Part shown: in pieces, positions 21,296 to 30,818 of the stretch
Layout: each line of letters starts with the position of its first letter
How positions within the stretch are numbered: the stretch's first letter is position 1
Origin: an uncultured Gammaproteobacteria bacterium
GTDB lineage: Bacteria > Patescibacteriota > Microgenomatia > UBA10105 > UBA927
DNA length: 64,000 bases
Reading direction: 5' to 3'
Assembly (NCBI GenBank): GCA_964609895.1
Contig: CAZSTG010000003.1
Span: 7,574-71,573 of the forward strand
Notes under the pieces: generated by a model
Databases searched by the model: none
Told to the model about the DNA's origin: nothing
The model's input: only the letters and a program-made list of their open reading frames with translations
Program-made: the position numbers and the translations under genes

Positions 21296-21324
21296 TTGAC
21301 AACTCCTCGATAACTTGGAACAAT
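21296..21324 (+). promoter_or_regulatory. Putative sigma70 promoter for the DUF4012 gene
   Basis: TTGACA (21296-21301), 17 bp spacer, TGg-AACAAT. Confidence 0.45.
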
Positions 21325-21467
21325 AGAAGTCTACCACGTGCGCAGCATTTCATTAATTGTTTCGTAATAACAGTGTTTGGTAGACTGTTCGTTCGCATAT
21401 AGTATATAGTTAAATAGTAGGATACTAAGTTACTGAGGACGGGTAACGAAATTTCACTACACAGTCT

Positions 21468-23441
21468 ATGGAAGAACTAAAAAAAATCACCATTGAAGAA
21501 ACAGCCCCGACGATACAAACGCAAGGAAAAAAGAAAAAGAAGTTTCCATGGAAAGCTCTCGGCATTCCGTTCGGCATATTTGCAGTTCTTATCATTCTCA
21601 TCGGCATCATGCTGTTGCCTCTCCGCGGTGTTGTTGCCAAGGCAAAGGGAATGACGACGGTCGGTCAGGAAGCAATGCAGGCAGTCAAAGACAAGGATTT
21701 GGCGCTTGTAAAAACCAAACTGAATGAAACACGGACAAAATTGACGGAATTGCAGGCGGAGTATAAGAAAGTGCTTCCATTAAAATACGTGCCGTTGTTG
21801 GGTGCATATATTGCAGACGGCGAACACGCAATCAACGCCGGTTTTGCCGTTCTTACCGCAGGGGACAAGGCAGTGGAGGCAATTGAACCTAATGCAGACC
21901 TGCTTGGATTAAAAGGTGGCAGCAAGACATCGTTTCTTGAAGGAACAGCAGAAGAAAGACTTCAATTTGCGGTAAAAACAATGAGTGCGCTTCTGCCGAA
22001 GATCAATGAAGTGGCCGCAAGTGTTGCTACCATGCAGCAGGAGCTGTCTGCCATTGATCCAAACCGGTATCCGGAAAAAATCGGCAAAACAGTCATTAGG
22101 TCAAAAATGGTCGGCGGATTTGCCGTGATCGATGAGATGGCAAATCTCTTTGTGAATGCACAGCCGCTTCTCATGAACCTGCCGTCTTTGTTGGGTGATC
22201 CGACAGATAAACGGTATCTGGTGTTGTTTCAAAACGATAAGGAGCTCAGATCTACCGGCGGTTTTATTACTGCCTATGCGCAGTTTCGGATGGTGAAGGG
22301 AAAACCGATCCTTGAGAAAGCAGATGATATTTATGCGCTGGATGCATCACTCACGAAAAAATTTGCAGCCCCCAGAGAAATTCTTACCTTTCACAAAGGT
22401 GTATATAACCTCAATATCAGAGACAGCAATCTGTCTCCAGATTTTAAAGTTTCCATGCAGCAATTCATGGATATGTATAACGTCACAGGTGGTAAGGAAA
22501 AAATCGATGGTGTGATTGCAGTGGACACACATGTACTCGTGAAGATGCTGGAGGTATTGGGACCGATCAATGTGTATGGTCGTGAATTCAGCGCCGTGAC
22601 GGATAAACGGTGTGATTGTCCGAAGGCCGTGTATGAACTTGAGGATTATTCCACCCGACCAGTTGGGTATGTCCGTGAGGCACGGAAGGATATTATCGGG
22701 GTGTTGTTGCAGCAGATACTGCGGATGGCACTCGGCGTGTCTCCGTCCAAGTACTGGGGTAATTTGTTCCAAGTATTAGTTGATGAAATTAACCAAAAGC
22801 ATGTGCTTGCCTACTTTCTCGATACAACAACTCAAAAGGCAGCCGAAGACTTTAATCTTGCGGGTCGCATCATGACTGCATCGGAAAGCGCGGCGATTCT
22901 CAAATATGAAGAAGGAAAAGGATGGGATTATCTGCACATCAATAACAGCAATATGGCGGGTGCGAAGTCTAATATGTTTGTGTCCAGCAAGGTGACGAAA
23001 GACACGACAGTAGAGGGGAACAAACTGACGACGAGGCTGACGATTGACTATAAGAATCCGTATCCAGGATCTGACTGCGGACTGGAAAGCGGCGGTTTGT
23101 GTCTGAACGCGCCGCTTCGGAACTGGGTGCGTGTGTATGTTCCCGCAGGAAGCACACTTGCCGAAAACAAGGGTGCCATATCGCCAAAGGATGGTGCAGC
23201 GGTGTCCATGGAAACCTATCAGAGTCTCGGAAAAACAATGTTCGAGGGATTTTTGATTGTCAATCCAATGGGCACAGCAAAGCTGGAACTGACCTACACA
23301 TCACCGGTGGCCGTGGACGGACAGTATAAACTGCTCATTCAAAAACAGGCAGGTACTGATGGTGAGGAATATATATTGAAATTGAACGGAAAACAGAAAA
23401 AAGATCTGCCTCTTGTCGGCGACACCGAGTTTATTTTTTAA
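21468..23441 (+). CDS. DUF4012 domain-containing membrane-anchored protein
   Basis: N-terminal TM; YLVLFQN..ELR.TGGFI, RDSNLSPDF, IDGVIAVD and N..G.KSN motifs. Confidence 0.8.
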   Translation: MEELKKITIEETAPTIQTQGKKKKKFPWKALGIPFGIFAVLIILIGIMLLPLRGVVAKAKGMTTVGQEAMQAVKDKDLALVKTKLNETRTKLTELQAEYKKVLPLKYVPLLGAYIADGEHAINAGFAVLTAGDKAVEAIEPNADLLGLKGGSKTSFLEGTAEERLQFAVKTMSALLPKINEVAASVATMQQELSAIDPNRYPEKIGKTVIRSKMVGGFAVIDEMANLFVNAQPLLMNLPSLLGDPTDKRYLVLFQNDKELRSTGGFITAYAQFRMVKGKPILEKADDIYALDASLTKKFAAPREILTFHKGVYNLNIRDSNLSPDFKVSMQQFMDMYNVTGGKEKIDGVIAVDTHVLVKMLEVLGPINVYGREFSAVTDKRCDCPKAVYELEDYSTRPVGYVREARKDIIGVLLQQILRMALGVSPSKYWGNLFQVLVDEINQKHVLAYFLDTTTQKAAEDFNLAGRIMTASESAAILKYEEGKGWDYLHINNSNMAGAKSNMFVSSKVTKDTTVEGNKLTTRLTIDYKNPYPGSDCGLESGGLCLNAPLRNWVRVYVPAGSTLAENKGAISPKDGAAVSMETYQSLGKTMFEGFLIVNPMGTAKLELTYTSPVAVDGQYKLLIQKQAGTDGEEYILKLNGKQKKDLPLVGDTEFIF

Positions 23442-23448
23442 ACCGTGC

Positions 23449-24003
23449 ATGCATCATCTGCGGATAACCACATTGAATGCGTTTGTTCTAAAACGTAGGA
23501 ATGCCGGTGATTCAGATAAAGTTCTGACACTGTTTACAAAAACGACGGGAAAAGTCAGAGTGGTTGCCAAAGGAGTACGGAAAATAACGAGCCGTCGAGG
23601 TCCATACCTTGACGTCTTTAATGAAATCAGGATTACTTTGCATCAGGGAAAAACGTGGGATACGGTGTCTGAGGTGGACATGCTCGTATCAAGAAGAAAC
23701 GTGTATACCACATGGATGCGGATGCGTGCCGCGTATCTGATTGTTGAAGTGATCGACAGACTTTTACCTGACAGCGAGCCACAGCACGTGATATATGACC
23801 GACTTGGTGCCGTACTGACGGCAGTCGGAACGGCGAGCGACAGCGAAATAACTTCACTTCTGACGTCGTTTTTCAGTGGCGTACTGGAGGAACTCGGATA
23901 TGCCGCGCCAAACAAGGAATATGGCGAATTTTCAGAACTGATCGGGTATATTGAACGGATATCCGAGCGAAAAATCCGGAGTATGAAATTTTTTCTTTCC
24001 TAA
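23449..24003 (+). CDS. recO: DNA repair protein RecO (short form, no C-terminal zinc finger)
   Basis: AFVLKR...DSDKVLTLFT...GKV..VAKGVRK..SRR OB-fold; L..LGY.P. Confidence 0.85.
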   Translation: MHHLRITTLNAFVLKRRNAGDSDKVLTLFTKTTGKVRVVAKGVRKITSRRGPYLDVFNEIRITLHQGKTWDTVSEVDMLVSRRNVYTTWMRMRAAYLIVEVIDRLLPDSEPQHVIYDRLGAVLTAVGTASDSEITSLLTSFFSGVLEELGYAAPNKEYGEFSELIGYIERISERKIRSMKFFLS

Positions 24004-24009
24004 GTGATA

Positions 24010-24037
24010 TTGACAAAGAAGAAAAATGCACGATAAT
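24010..24037 (+). promoter_or_regulatory. Promoter of the glyQS T-box leader
   Basis: TTGACA (24010-24015), 16 bp spacer, GATAAT (24032-24037). Confidence 0.55.
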
Positions 24038-24047
24038 GAAAGGAGAA

Positions 24048-24193
24048 CGCGTTGACAACCCTGGCAAGGTTTGAGCGGAAAAAAAAGAAATCAAGTGGGT
24101 ACAAGTCATTGGGATATCATGTTGTACCAAGCAGGGTGGAACCACGGGTCATACTCGTCCCTAGCATGTGTATGTGTGCGGGCGAGTTTTTTT
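24048..24193 (+). ncRNA. T-box riboswitch (Gly) with ultra-short Stem I
   Basis: T-box AGGGTGGAACCACG at 24133-24146; the UGGA bulge matches the tRNAGly U73 discriminator. Antiterminator partner CTCGTCCC; terminator CTCGTCC/GGGCGAG + T7; Stem III GGTACAA/TTGTACC; GGC codon at 24063-24065. Confidence 0.85.
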
Positions 24194-24265
24194 ATGGCAA
24201 TCAAAGAAGTATACGCTGATGGAAAATTTTCTGCATGAGCGTGTACGATTTGATACAATAAATCT

Positions 24266-25582
24266 ATGACGAAGTTAGAGGAAATTATTGCACTCTGTAA
24301 ACGGCGCGGATTCGTGTATCCGACCAGTGATATCTATGGCGGTATCGGCGGATTTTATGATCTGGGACCGCAGGGAGTTGCCTTGACGCGGAATATCAAA
24401 GAGGCATGGTGGAAGGAAATGGTGACGAGCCGTGATGATGTGGTGGGACTTGATTCTGCAATTATTCTCAATCCAAAGACATGGGAAGCGTCAGGACATG
24501 TTGCCGCGTTTACCGATCCTCTGATTGAATGTAAACTCTGTCACAGCAGGCTTCGCGCAGATCAGGAAGATGAGATTGCCGCACACATTGCCTCTCATAA
24601 AACAAAAGGGGAACAAGATGTCATATTTACTGAACCTCGGCAATTTAATCTGCTTTTTAAAACATTTGTAGGTCCGGTAGAGGATTCAAAAAGTGTTGCA
24701 TACCTTCGTGGAGAAACGTGTCAGGGAATCTTCACCAATTTTAATAATATCGTAATGTCAAACCGCGTGAAGATTCCGTTCGGTATTGCGCAGATTGGGA
24801 AGGCATTCCGGAACGAAGTGACGCCGGGAAAATTCCTGTTTCGGGTTCGTGAATTCGAACAAATGGAACTTGAATATTTTGTTGAACCGAAAGATGCTGA
24901 CAGCGCGTTTGCCATGTGGAAAGAAAAACGGATGGCGTGGCACCTTTCCTTGGGTATTTCCAAGGAAAATATCAGATTACGGCAGCATGATCAGACGGAA
25001 CGGGCACATTACGCATCAGATTCTTGGGACATTGAGTATAATTTTCCGGAATGGGGTTTTAAAGAGCTTGAGGGACTTGCAAATCGTACAGATTATGACT
25101 TGAAAATACAGAGTAAATGGAGCGGTAAGGAATTGAAGGTAACGAATCAGGAAACAAAGGAAAGCTATTATCCATATGTTATCGAACCGTCGGTCGGCGT
25201 CACACGACTGATGCTTGCATTGTTATTTGAGGCATATACCAAAGACGGTGAACGAACTGTGTTGAAGTTCAAGCCCAGCCTTGCACCATACATGGCGGCA
25301 GTGTTTCCGCTGTTGCCAAATAAGGCGGAGCTTGTCACAAAAGCACGTGAGGTATACCTGATGCTGAAGGAAATATTTCCAACCACGTGGGATGACCGCG
25401 GTAACATAGGGAAACGATATCTTGCACAGGATGAAATCGGCACGCCGTGGTGTGTCACCATCGACTTCACCACGCTTGAAGATGGCGCCGTAACTATAAG
25501 AAATCGTGATACAACAACACAGGAACGTATTAGTGTACCTACTCTTGTTGACTATATTCATGCTCATAAACAATTGTCATAA
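24266..25582 (+). CDS. glyQS: Glycine--tRNA ligase, alpha2 (homodimeric) type
   Basis: LCKRRGF..P..DIYGG, WEASGH, YLRGET.QG, IAQIGKAFRNE, REFEQMELE, VIEPS.G, IGKRY..QDEIGTP. Confidence 0.95.
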   Translation: MTKLEEIIALCKRRGFVYPTSDIYGGIGGFYDLGPQGVALTRNIKEAWWKEMVTSRDDVVGLDSAIILNPKTWEASGHVAAFTDPLIECKLCHSRLRADQEDEIAAHIASHKTKGEQDVIFTEPRQFNLLFKTFVGPVEDSKSVAYLRGETCQGIFTNFNNIVMSNRVKIPFGIAQIGKAFRNEVTPGKFLFRVREFEQMELEYFVEPKDADSAFAMWKEKRMAWHLSLGISKENIRLRQHDQTERAHYASDSWDIEYNFPEWGFKELEGLANRTDYDLKIQSKWSGKELKVTNQETKESYYPYVIEPSVGVTRLMLALLFEAYTKDGERTVLKFKPSLAPYMAAVFPLLPNKAELVTKAREVYLMLKEIFPTTWDDRGNIGKRYLAQDEIGTPWCVTIDFTTLEDGAVTIRNRDTTTQERISVPTLVDYIHAHKQLS

Positions 25583-25591
25583 GGAGGATAT

Positions 25592-26050
25592 ATGAAAAAA
25601 AGTCTGGTATGGATTCTGATCGGTTTGATTGTGATCGGCGCAGTTGCCGTCAGGTATGCACTGATCAAGGGAAGTCAGACAACGCCGCCTGCGGCGGAAG
25701 AAGTGGAAGAGGAAGTGACAGCTCCCGCGGACGCGAGTATTGTGGCTGACGTCACATGGAGCAAAGTCAAAGACAATACGGTGGTATTGTCAATTTCAGG
25801 GTTGAAGAATGGCTATAAAACAGTGACGTATGAATTGAGCTATGAAACACAGGGGGTGGTACAAGGGGTGACGAGCAGACCGCTTGACGTGGCAGGGAAA
25901 GACATATTTTCCCGTGATGACATTTATCTCGGTACCTGTTCCAAAAACGTCTGTAAACCGCATACAGGGGTGAAAAAAGTGTCGCTTGTTTTGGAATTTA
26001 CGGATACAAACGGCAAAAGAAGTCAGTTATCAAAGGACTTTGATCTGTAA
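25592..26050 (+). CDS. Hypothetical membrane-anchored/exported beta-rich protein
   Basis: N-terminal TM, YELSY, LGTCSKNVC; SD AAGGAGG upstream. Confidence 0.7.
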   Translation: MKKSLVWILIGLIVIGAVAVRYALIKGSQTTPPAAEEVEEEVTAPADASIVADVTWSKVKDNTVVLSISGLKNGYKTVTYELSYETQGVVQGVTSRPLDVAGKDIFSRDDIYLGTCSKNVCKPHTGVKKVSLVLEFTDTNGKRSQLSKDFDL

Positions 26051-26073
26051 CAGAACACACAACATATACAAAT

Positions 26074-26105
26074 AAAAATAGAGGCGAATCCGCCTCTATT
26101 TTTTT
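26074..26105 (+). terminator. Intrinsic terminator
   Basis: AAAAATAGAGGCG-AATC-CGCCTCTATTTTT hairpin running into a T-tract. Confidence 0.85.
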
Positions 26106-26193
26106 GGTTTCTTATCCACACGAAAGGAGCTAAAGACAGGAAGGCAGAGGGTGGGGGAAGTTTCGTGAAATACCCCTTGACAAGGCGTGAAAA

Positions 26194-26233
26194 ATGGGTG
26201 AATATGGATATAGATGGGGAAAAGTGGTAAACT
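26194..26233 (+). promoter_or_regulatory. MraZ operator repeats overlapping the extended -10 of the dcw promoter
   Basis: RTGG at 26194, 26204, 26214 and 26224 (exact 10-bp period); TGg-TAAACT lies 7 nt before the mraZ ATG. Confidence 0.75.
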
Positions 26234-26240
26234 TTAGGGT

Positions 26241-26636
26241 ATGAAACTATTCCTTGGGGAATATAACCATACATTAGACGAACGGGGCAGAGTAACGCTA
26301 CCAAAAAAGGTGCGAAGTGAGTTAGGGGAGAGGGAATTCGTATTAACACGGGGGTTTGATACATGTATTTTTGGCTATGACATGGCGGCGTGGGAGAAGG
26401 AAGCGGCAAAGCAGCTGGAAACATCAGTTACAACAGAAGAGGGAAGAGCACTGAGACGGTACGTGTTTTCGGCAGCGGAGAAGGTTGAAACGGATAAGCT
26501 TGGACGGGTTATATTGCCTACCCACCTCAAGGAATATGCTCGGGTTGGGACAGAGGTAAAAGTGATCGGTGCCGGTGATCACTTTGAGATCTGGGACAGC
26601 AAACAATGGGCTGAATTCGTGAAGGGAAAGAAATAA
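26241..26636 (+). CDS. mraZ: Transcriptional regulator MraZ
   Basis: FLGEYNHTLDERGRV.LP and DKLGRVILP repeats. Confidence 0.95.
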   Translation: MKLFLGEYNHTLDERGRVTLPKKVRSELGEREFVLTRGFDTCIFGYDMAAWEKEAAKQLETSVTTEEGRALRRYVFSAAEKVETDKLGRVILPTHLKEYARVGTEVKVIGAGDHFEIWDSKQWAEFVKGKK

Positions 26637-26638
26637 CC

Positions 26639-27496
26639 ATGAGCACCTATCATACGCCGGTATTGTTGAACGAGGTTCTGGAAGGACTTGATGTTGAGAC
26701 TGGAAAACGCTATATAGACGCGACATTGGGAGGCGGAGGACATACACGGGCAATGCTAGAAAAAGGGGCGACTATACTTGCACTGGATGAAGATACAGAT
26801 GCAATAGAAGAGAATAAGAAGCTGATATGTCCACGACTCCGGATTGTGCAAGGGAATTTCCGAAATATCGAAACAATTGCCAAACAGGAAGGGTTTATAC
26901 AGGTAGACGGAATATTGTTTGATTTGGGAGTTTCCAGTCATCAAATCAACTCTCCCGAGCGGGGGTTTACCTTCAGATCTGACGAAGCGCCCTTGGATAT
27001 GCGCTTCAATATTAAAAACTTAAAAAGTGCGAGGGAACTCATTGCAACAGCACATGAGGATGAATTGTATGAAATATTTGCGAAATATGGTGAAGAAGAG
27101 CGTGCTCGGGCAATTGCTGTTCATCTTATCCGCGCCCGTCAGATAAGTCCGATAACGACGGCGGGGCAGCTGCGGAAGGTGATAGAAGAAGTAGTAGGCA
27201 CAGGAAAAGCGAGCACTGGAAGCATTGCGCGAATATTTCAGGCAATTCGGATTGTCGTGAATGACGAGTTGCAGGCGTTGGAGGAAGGAATCGCCGGAGC
27301 AATGCATCTTGTCCGAAGAGGAGGGAGAATAGCGGTTATAAGCTTTCATTCTCTCGAGGACAGGATTGTCAAACGGGCATTTCGGAAATCAGGATACAAA
27401 GAAATTACAAAAAAGCCGGTTATGGCAACGGAAGACGAGGAAACAGAGAATCCTCGGTCACGAAGCGCAAAGCTTCGGGTTGTCGAAAAACCGTAA
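26639..27496 (+). CDS. rsmH: 16S rRNA m4C1402 methyltransferase
   Basis: HTPVLL.E, DATLGGGGH, DLGVSS, PLDMR, ISFHSLEDRIVK, NPRSRSAKLR. Confidence 0.96.
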   Translation: MSTYHTPVLLNEVLEGLDVETGKRYIDATLGGGGHTRAMLEKGATILALDEDTDAIEENKKLICPRLRIVQGNFRNIETIAKQEGFIQVDGILFDLGVSSHQINSPERGFTFRSDEAPLDMRFNIKNLKSARELIATAHEDELYEIFAKYGEEERARAIAVHLIRARQISPITTAGQLRKVIEEVVGTGKASTGSIARIFQAIRIVVNDELQALEEGIAGAMHLVRRGGRIAVISFHSLEDRIVKRAFRKSGYKEITKKPVMATEDEETENPRSRSAKLRVVEKP

Positions 27497-27504
27497 AAAA
27501 CAGT

Positions 27505-27798
27505 ATGAACACAATTACAAAAATAACCATTCCAACCGCTCTATTGTTTGTTCTTCTGTTGACAGCACAGATCATGTATTCCTGTCAGCTCGTCGGAGAC
27601 GGGAAGGAAATCAAAGAAATTGACCAGCAGATCGACCAGATGCGGCAGCAGGTATTACTTTCGGAAGAACAGGTAGCTTCGGCATCTTCATTGACAACAA
27701 TTCGGGAAAAAGCTACGGCGATGGGATTTTCATCCGCCTCCAAAGTTGTCACCATGAACTCCGACAATCTTGTTGTAGCCTTCGGACAAAGCAGATAA
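27505..27798 (+). CDS. ftsL: Cell division protein FtsL-like
   Basis: TM + coiled coil + A..MGF; located between rsmH and ftsI. Confidence 0.65.
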   Translation: MNTITKITIPTALLFVLLLTAQIMYSCQLVGDGKEIKEIDQQIDQMRQQVLLSEEQVASASSLTTIREKATAMGFSSASKVVTMNSDNLVVAFGQSR

Positions 27799-27818
27799 AA
27801 TAACCATAAGTACTACGT

Positions 27819-29495
27819 ATGTGGCGTATCTGGTCCATTTTTTCAGTATTTTTGTTCTGTTTCCTTCTTATAATAGGCCGGTTATTCTATTGGCAGGTCA
27901 TTTCCAGTACACGGCTCAAGGCGGAAGCTGCATCTCAGCACTTTCTTGAACTGTCGCTTCCAGCTGAACGTGGGACTATAAAAACGGCTGACGGATATGC
28001 GCTTGTCATGAATAAGGCTGCCTATCTGGTGTATGCGGAACCGAAAAATATTACGAATCTGCCCATATATTTCAAAACAGTCGGTCAAATACTGGGTATA
28101 CCCGAGGCGACGATATCGGCGATGGTGACACAGCCGAACCGCGTGTGGATACCAATCGCCCATAAAATAGACAATGACAAAGTGCAGCAACTGAAAGAGC
28201 TTGTTATCGGTGGAATAGGATTTGAAAAGGAACCGAAACGGTATTATCCGGAAGCGTCCATGGCTGCCAATCTGTTGGGATTTGTGGGACAGGATCAGAA
28301 TGGCAATGACAAAGGATATTTTGGTCTTGAAGGATATTATAACCGAGAACTGCAGGGAAAAACCGGCAGCATGACCATTGAAAAAGATGTGTCAGGCGCT
28401 CCGATTCTTATCGGAGAAAGTCTGCGTGTGGAACCTGCAAACGGGAGTACACTCCATTTATGGGTGGATCGGACAATCCAGAATATTGCAGAAACCAGAT
28501 TAAAGCAGGGTATTGAAAAATACGGGGCAAAAGAAGGATCTGTCGTCATCATGAATCCGAAAACCGGCGGAATTTTAGCAATGGCATCGTATCCGTCCTA
28601 TGATCCGTCCGCATACGCCGACTATGACAGAGAACTGTATAAGAATCCGATTGTCGCGTCCACGTATGAACCGGGATCCACATTCAAGGCTCTGGTACTT
28701 GCCGCGGCTATTGATGCAGGAGTGATACAAGCAGACACCATATTCGATGAGTCAGGCCCTGTGGAAGTCAGCGGGTATACCATCCGCACATGGAACAATG
28801 AGTATCACGGGCCGATCACCATGACAAAAGTACTGGAACATTCCTCTAATGTCGGTATGGTGTTCGCGGAAAAAAAGCTGGGGAAGGAGAAATTCATCAA
28901 GTTTATCAATGACGTCGGGTTCGGAACACTGACACATGTGGATCTGGAAGATGAAACAAGTCCGGAATTACGGGATGACGACGACTGGAAGGAAATCGAT
29001 CTTGCCACTGCATCATTCGGTCAGGGTATCGCAGTAACGCCGCTCCAGATGGTGCGTGCGACGGCGGCCATTGCAAACGACGGCTGGCTTATGGAACCGC
29101 ATATGGTAAAAACTATTGAGTCGGAGGGTGGGAAAAAGACGGAAATCAAACCAAAACGAGTTCGTCAGATATTCAGTGCAGCAACCGCTGAGATTGTTTC
29201 CGAGATGATGGTGTCAGCTGTCGACAACGGGGAGGCGAAATGGGCAAAGCCAAAAGGATACAGGATTGCCGGAAAAACAGGGACGGCGCAGATTCCTGTA
29301 GCAGGCCATTATGACGACAAAAAAACAATTGCCTCTTTTGTCGGTTTTGCGCCGGCTGACGATCCGAAATTCGTTATGCTTGTGACGCTTCGTGAGCCAT
29401 CGTCTTCCCAGTGGGGTTCTGAAACAGCCGCTCCCTTGTTTTTTAACATCGCCAAGGACATATTTTTATATATGGGCATTCCGGCGGAGCAATAA
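27819..29495 (+). CDS. ftsI: Class B penicillin-binding protein (FtsI/SpoVD-like)
   Basis: RGTI, RYYP, GLE, EPGSTFK (SxxK), SSN, KTGT. Confidence 0.92.
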   Translation: MWRIWSIFSVFLFCFLLIIGRLFYWQVISSTRLKAEAASQHFLELSLPAERGTIKTADGYALVMNKAAYLVYAEPKNITNLPIYFKTVGQILGIPEATISAMVTQPNRVWIPIAHKIDNDKVQQLKELVIGGIGFEKEPKRYYPEASMAANLLGFVGQDQNGNDKGYFGLEGYYNRELQGKTGSMTIEKDVSGAPILIGESLRVEPANGSTLHLWVDRTIQNIAETRLKQGIEKYGAKEGSVVIMNPKTGGILAMASYPSYDPSAYADYDRELYKNPIVASTYEPGSTFKALVLAAAIDAGVIQADTIFDESGPVEVSGYTIRTWNNEYHGPITMTKVLEHSSNVGMVFAEKKLGKEKFIKFINDVGFGTLTHVDLEDETSPELRDDDDWKEIDLATASFGQGIAVTPLQMVRATAAIANDGWLMEPHMVKTIESEGGKKTEIKPKRVRQIFSAATAEIVSEMMVSAVDNGEAKWAKPKGYRIAGKTGTAQIPVAGHYDDKKTIASFVGFAPADDPKFVMLVTLREPSSSQWGSETAAPLFFNIAKDIFLYMGIPAEQ

Positions 29496-29638
29496 TACAG
29501 TGATGGAGTAGCGTGTTTGTTTGGTGAATCACTGATGCTAGAAAATTGTCATACGAGAAAAATACTATAAGCTTCATTTAGCTTCAGTTTGATCATATAC
29601 ATAGCCGTGCGTGTCGTTCTTTTGATATAATAGAGTCC

Positions 29639-30808
29639 ATGATTTCTTGGCTAAAGAGCCTCTACCATTGGGTTGTTGCAGTAGCTGCACTAGTATACTT
29701 CAGGTTTCCTGCACGCCATCTTACAGTCATAGGCGTGACCGGTACAGACGGGAAAACCACTACCTCGACGCTTATCTATGAGATTCTGAAGGCCGCCGGA
29801 TACAAAACGTCGGTTATTACCACGGTACACGCAGTTATTGCAGGGAAATCCTATGATACCGGTTTTCATGTCACAACACCAAACGCTTTCTATGTGCAAA
29901 AATACCTGCGGGAAGCGGTCGATCACGGTGATACGCATGTTGTTTTGGAGACAACTTCTCATGCGCTTGCACAGTCACGCGTGCTAGGGATTCATTTTGC
30001 AGTTGGAGTACTCACCAATGTGACGCATGAACATCTGGATTGGCACAAAACATACGACCGGTATCTGATGGCAAAAATGAAACTGTTGTTTGCGTCCGAT
30101 ACAGCGGTTATCAATAAAGATGAGGGAGAACTGTATGCGCGTATTTCCCCGCTTCTTAGACGTCATAAACTTGTAACGTACGGACTCAGACGTCAGGCAA
30201 CCATAACGCCTGAAACACATCCGTTTGAAACTGCACTCCTCGGTGATTTTAATCAATATAATTGTCTGGCAGCAATTGCCGCGACAGGTCTGGTTGGTGT
30301 GTCAAAAGATGTGATAAAAAGGACAATCAAAGGATTTACCGGAATTCCCGGAAGAATGGAAATTATTTCGGTAAAACCGTGCCGCGTAATTGTTGATTTT
30401 GCCCATACGCCAAACGCGATTGATAAGGCGCTCAAAACCGCGCGGGATATGACGAAGGGCAGGCTCATTCATGTGTTTGGGAGCGCAGGACTCAGGGATC
30501 GGACGAAGCGTCCGTATATGGGGAAATTTTCCGCCCAGTATGCAGACAGCATTGTGTTGACGGAAGAAGACTTTCGAACAGAAAATGTGGAAACTATCAT
30601 GGATGAAATTGCTTCAGGCATCCCTATATATAAAGATGTGCACCGATTTGCTCGTCGTGAAGACGCGATTAAGTTTGCGTTGTCTGATGTAAAAAAAGAT
30701 GATACCGTCATCATCACAGGCAAAGGGCATGAAAAGAGTCTCTGTCGCGGCAACACGGAATATCCGTGGAGTGATCAGGAAGCAGTGAAAAAACTTTTGA
30801 AAAAGTGA
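29639..30808 (+). CDS. murE: UDP-MurNAc-dipeptide:diamino acid ligase MurE (short, lacks the usual N-terminal domain)
   Basis: GVTGTDGKTTT, TTP, ETTSH, HEHLDWH, VDFAHTP, GKGHE; the specificity motif reads EEDFR. Confidence 0.9.
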   Translation: MISWLKSLYHWVVAVAALVYFRFPARHLTVIGVTGTDGKTTTSTLIYEILKAAGYKTSVITTVHAVIAGKSYDTGFHVTTPNAFYVQKYLREAVDHGDTHVVLETTSHALAQSRVLGIHFAVGVLTNVTHEHLDWHKTYDRYLMAKMKLLFASDTAVINKDEGELYARISPLLRRHKLVTYGLRRQATITPETHPFETALLGDFNQYNCLAAIAATGLVGVSKDVIKRTIKGFTGIPGRMEIISVKPCRVIVDFAHTPNAIDKALKTARDMTKGRLIHVFGSAGLRDRTKRPYMGKFSAQYADSIVLTEEDFRTENVETIMDEIASGIPIYKDVHRFARREDAIKFALSDVKKDDTVIITGKGHEKSLCRGNTEYPWSDQEAVKKLLKK

Positions 30809-30818
30809 ACTTCTGTTT

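Noticed and set aside
23449-24003. recO pseudogene
   Set aside because: The ORF is intact; short RecO without a zinc finger is a plausible natural form.
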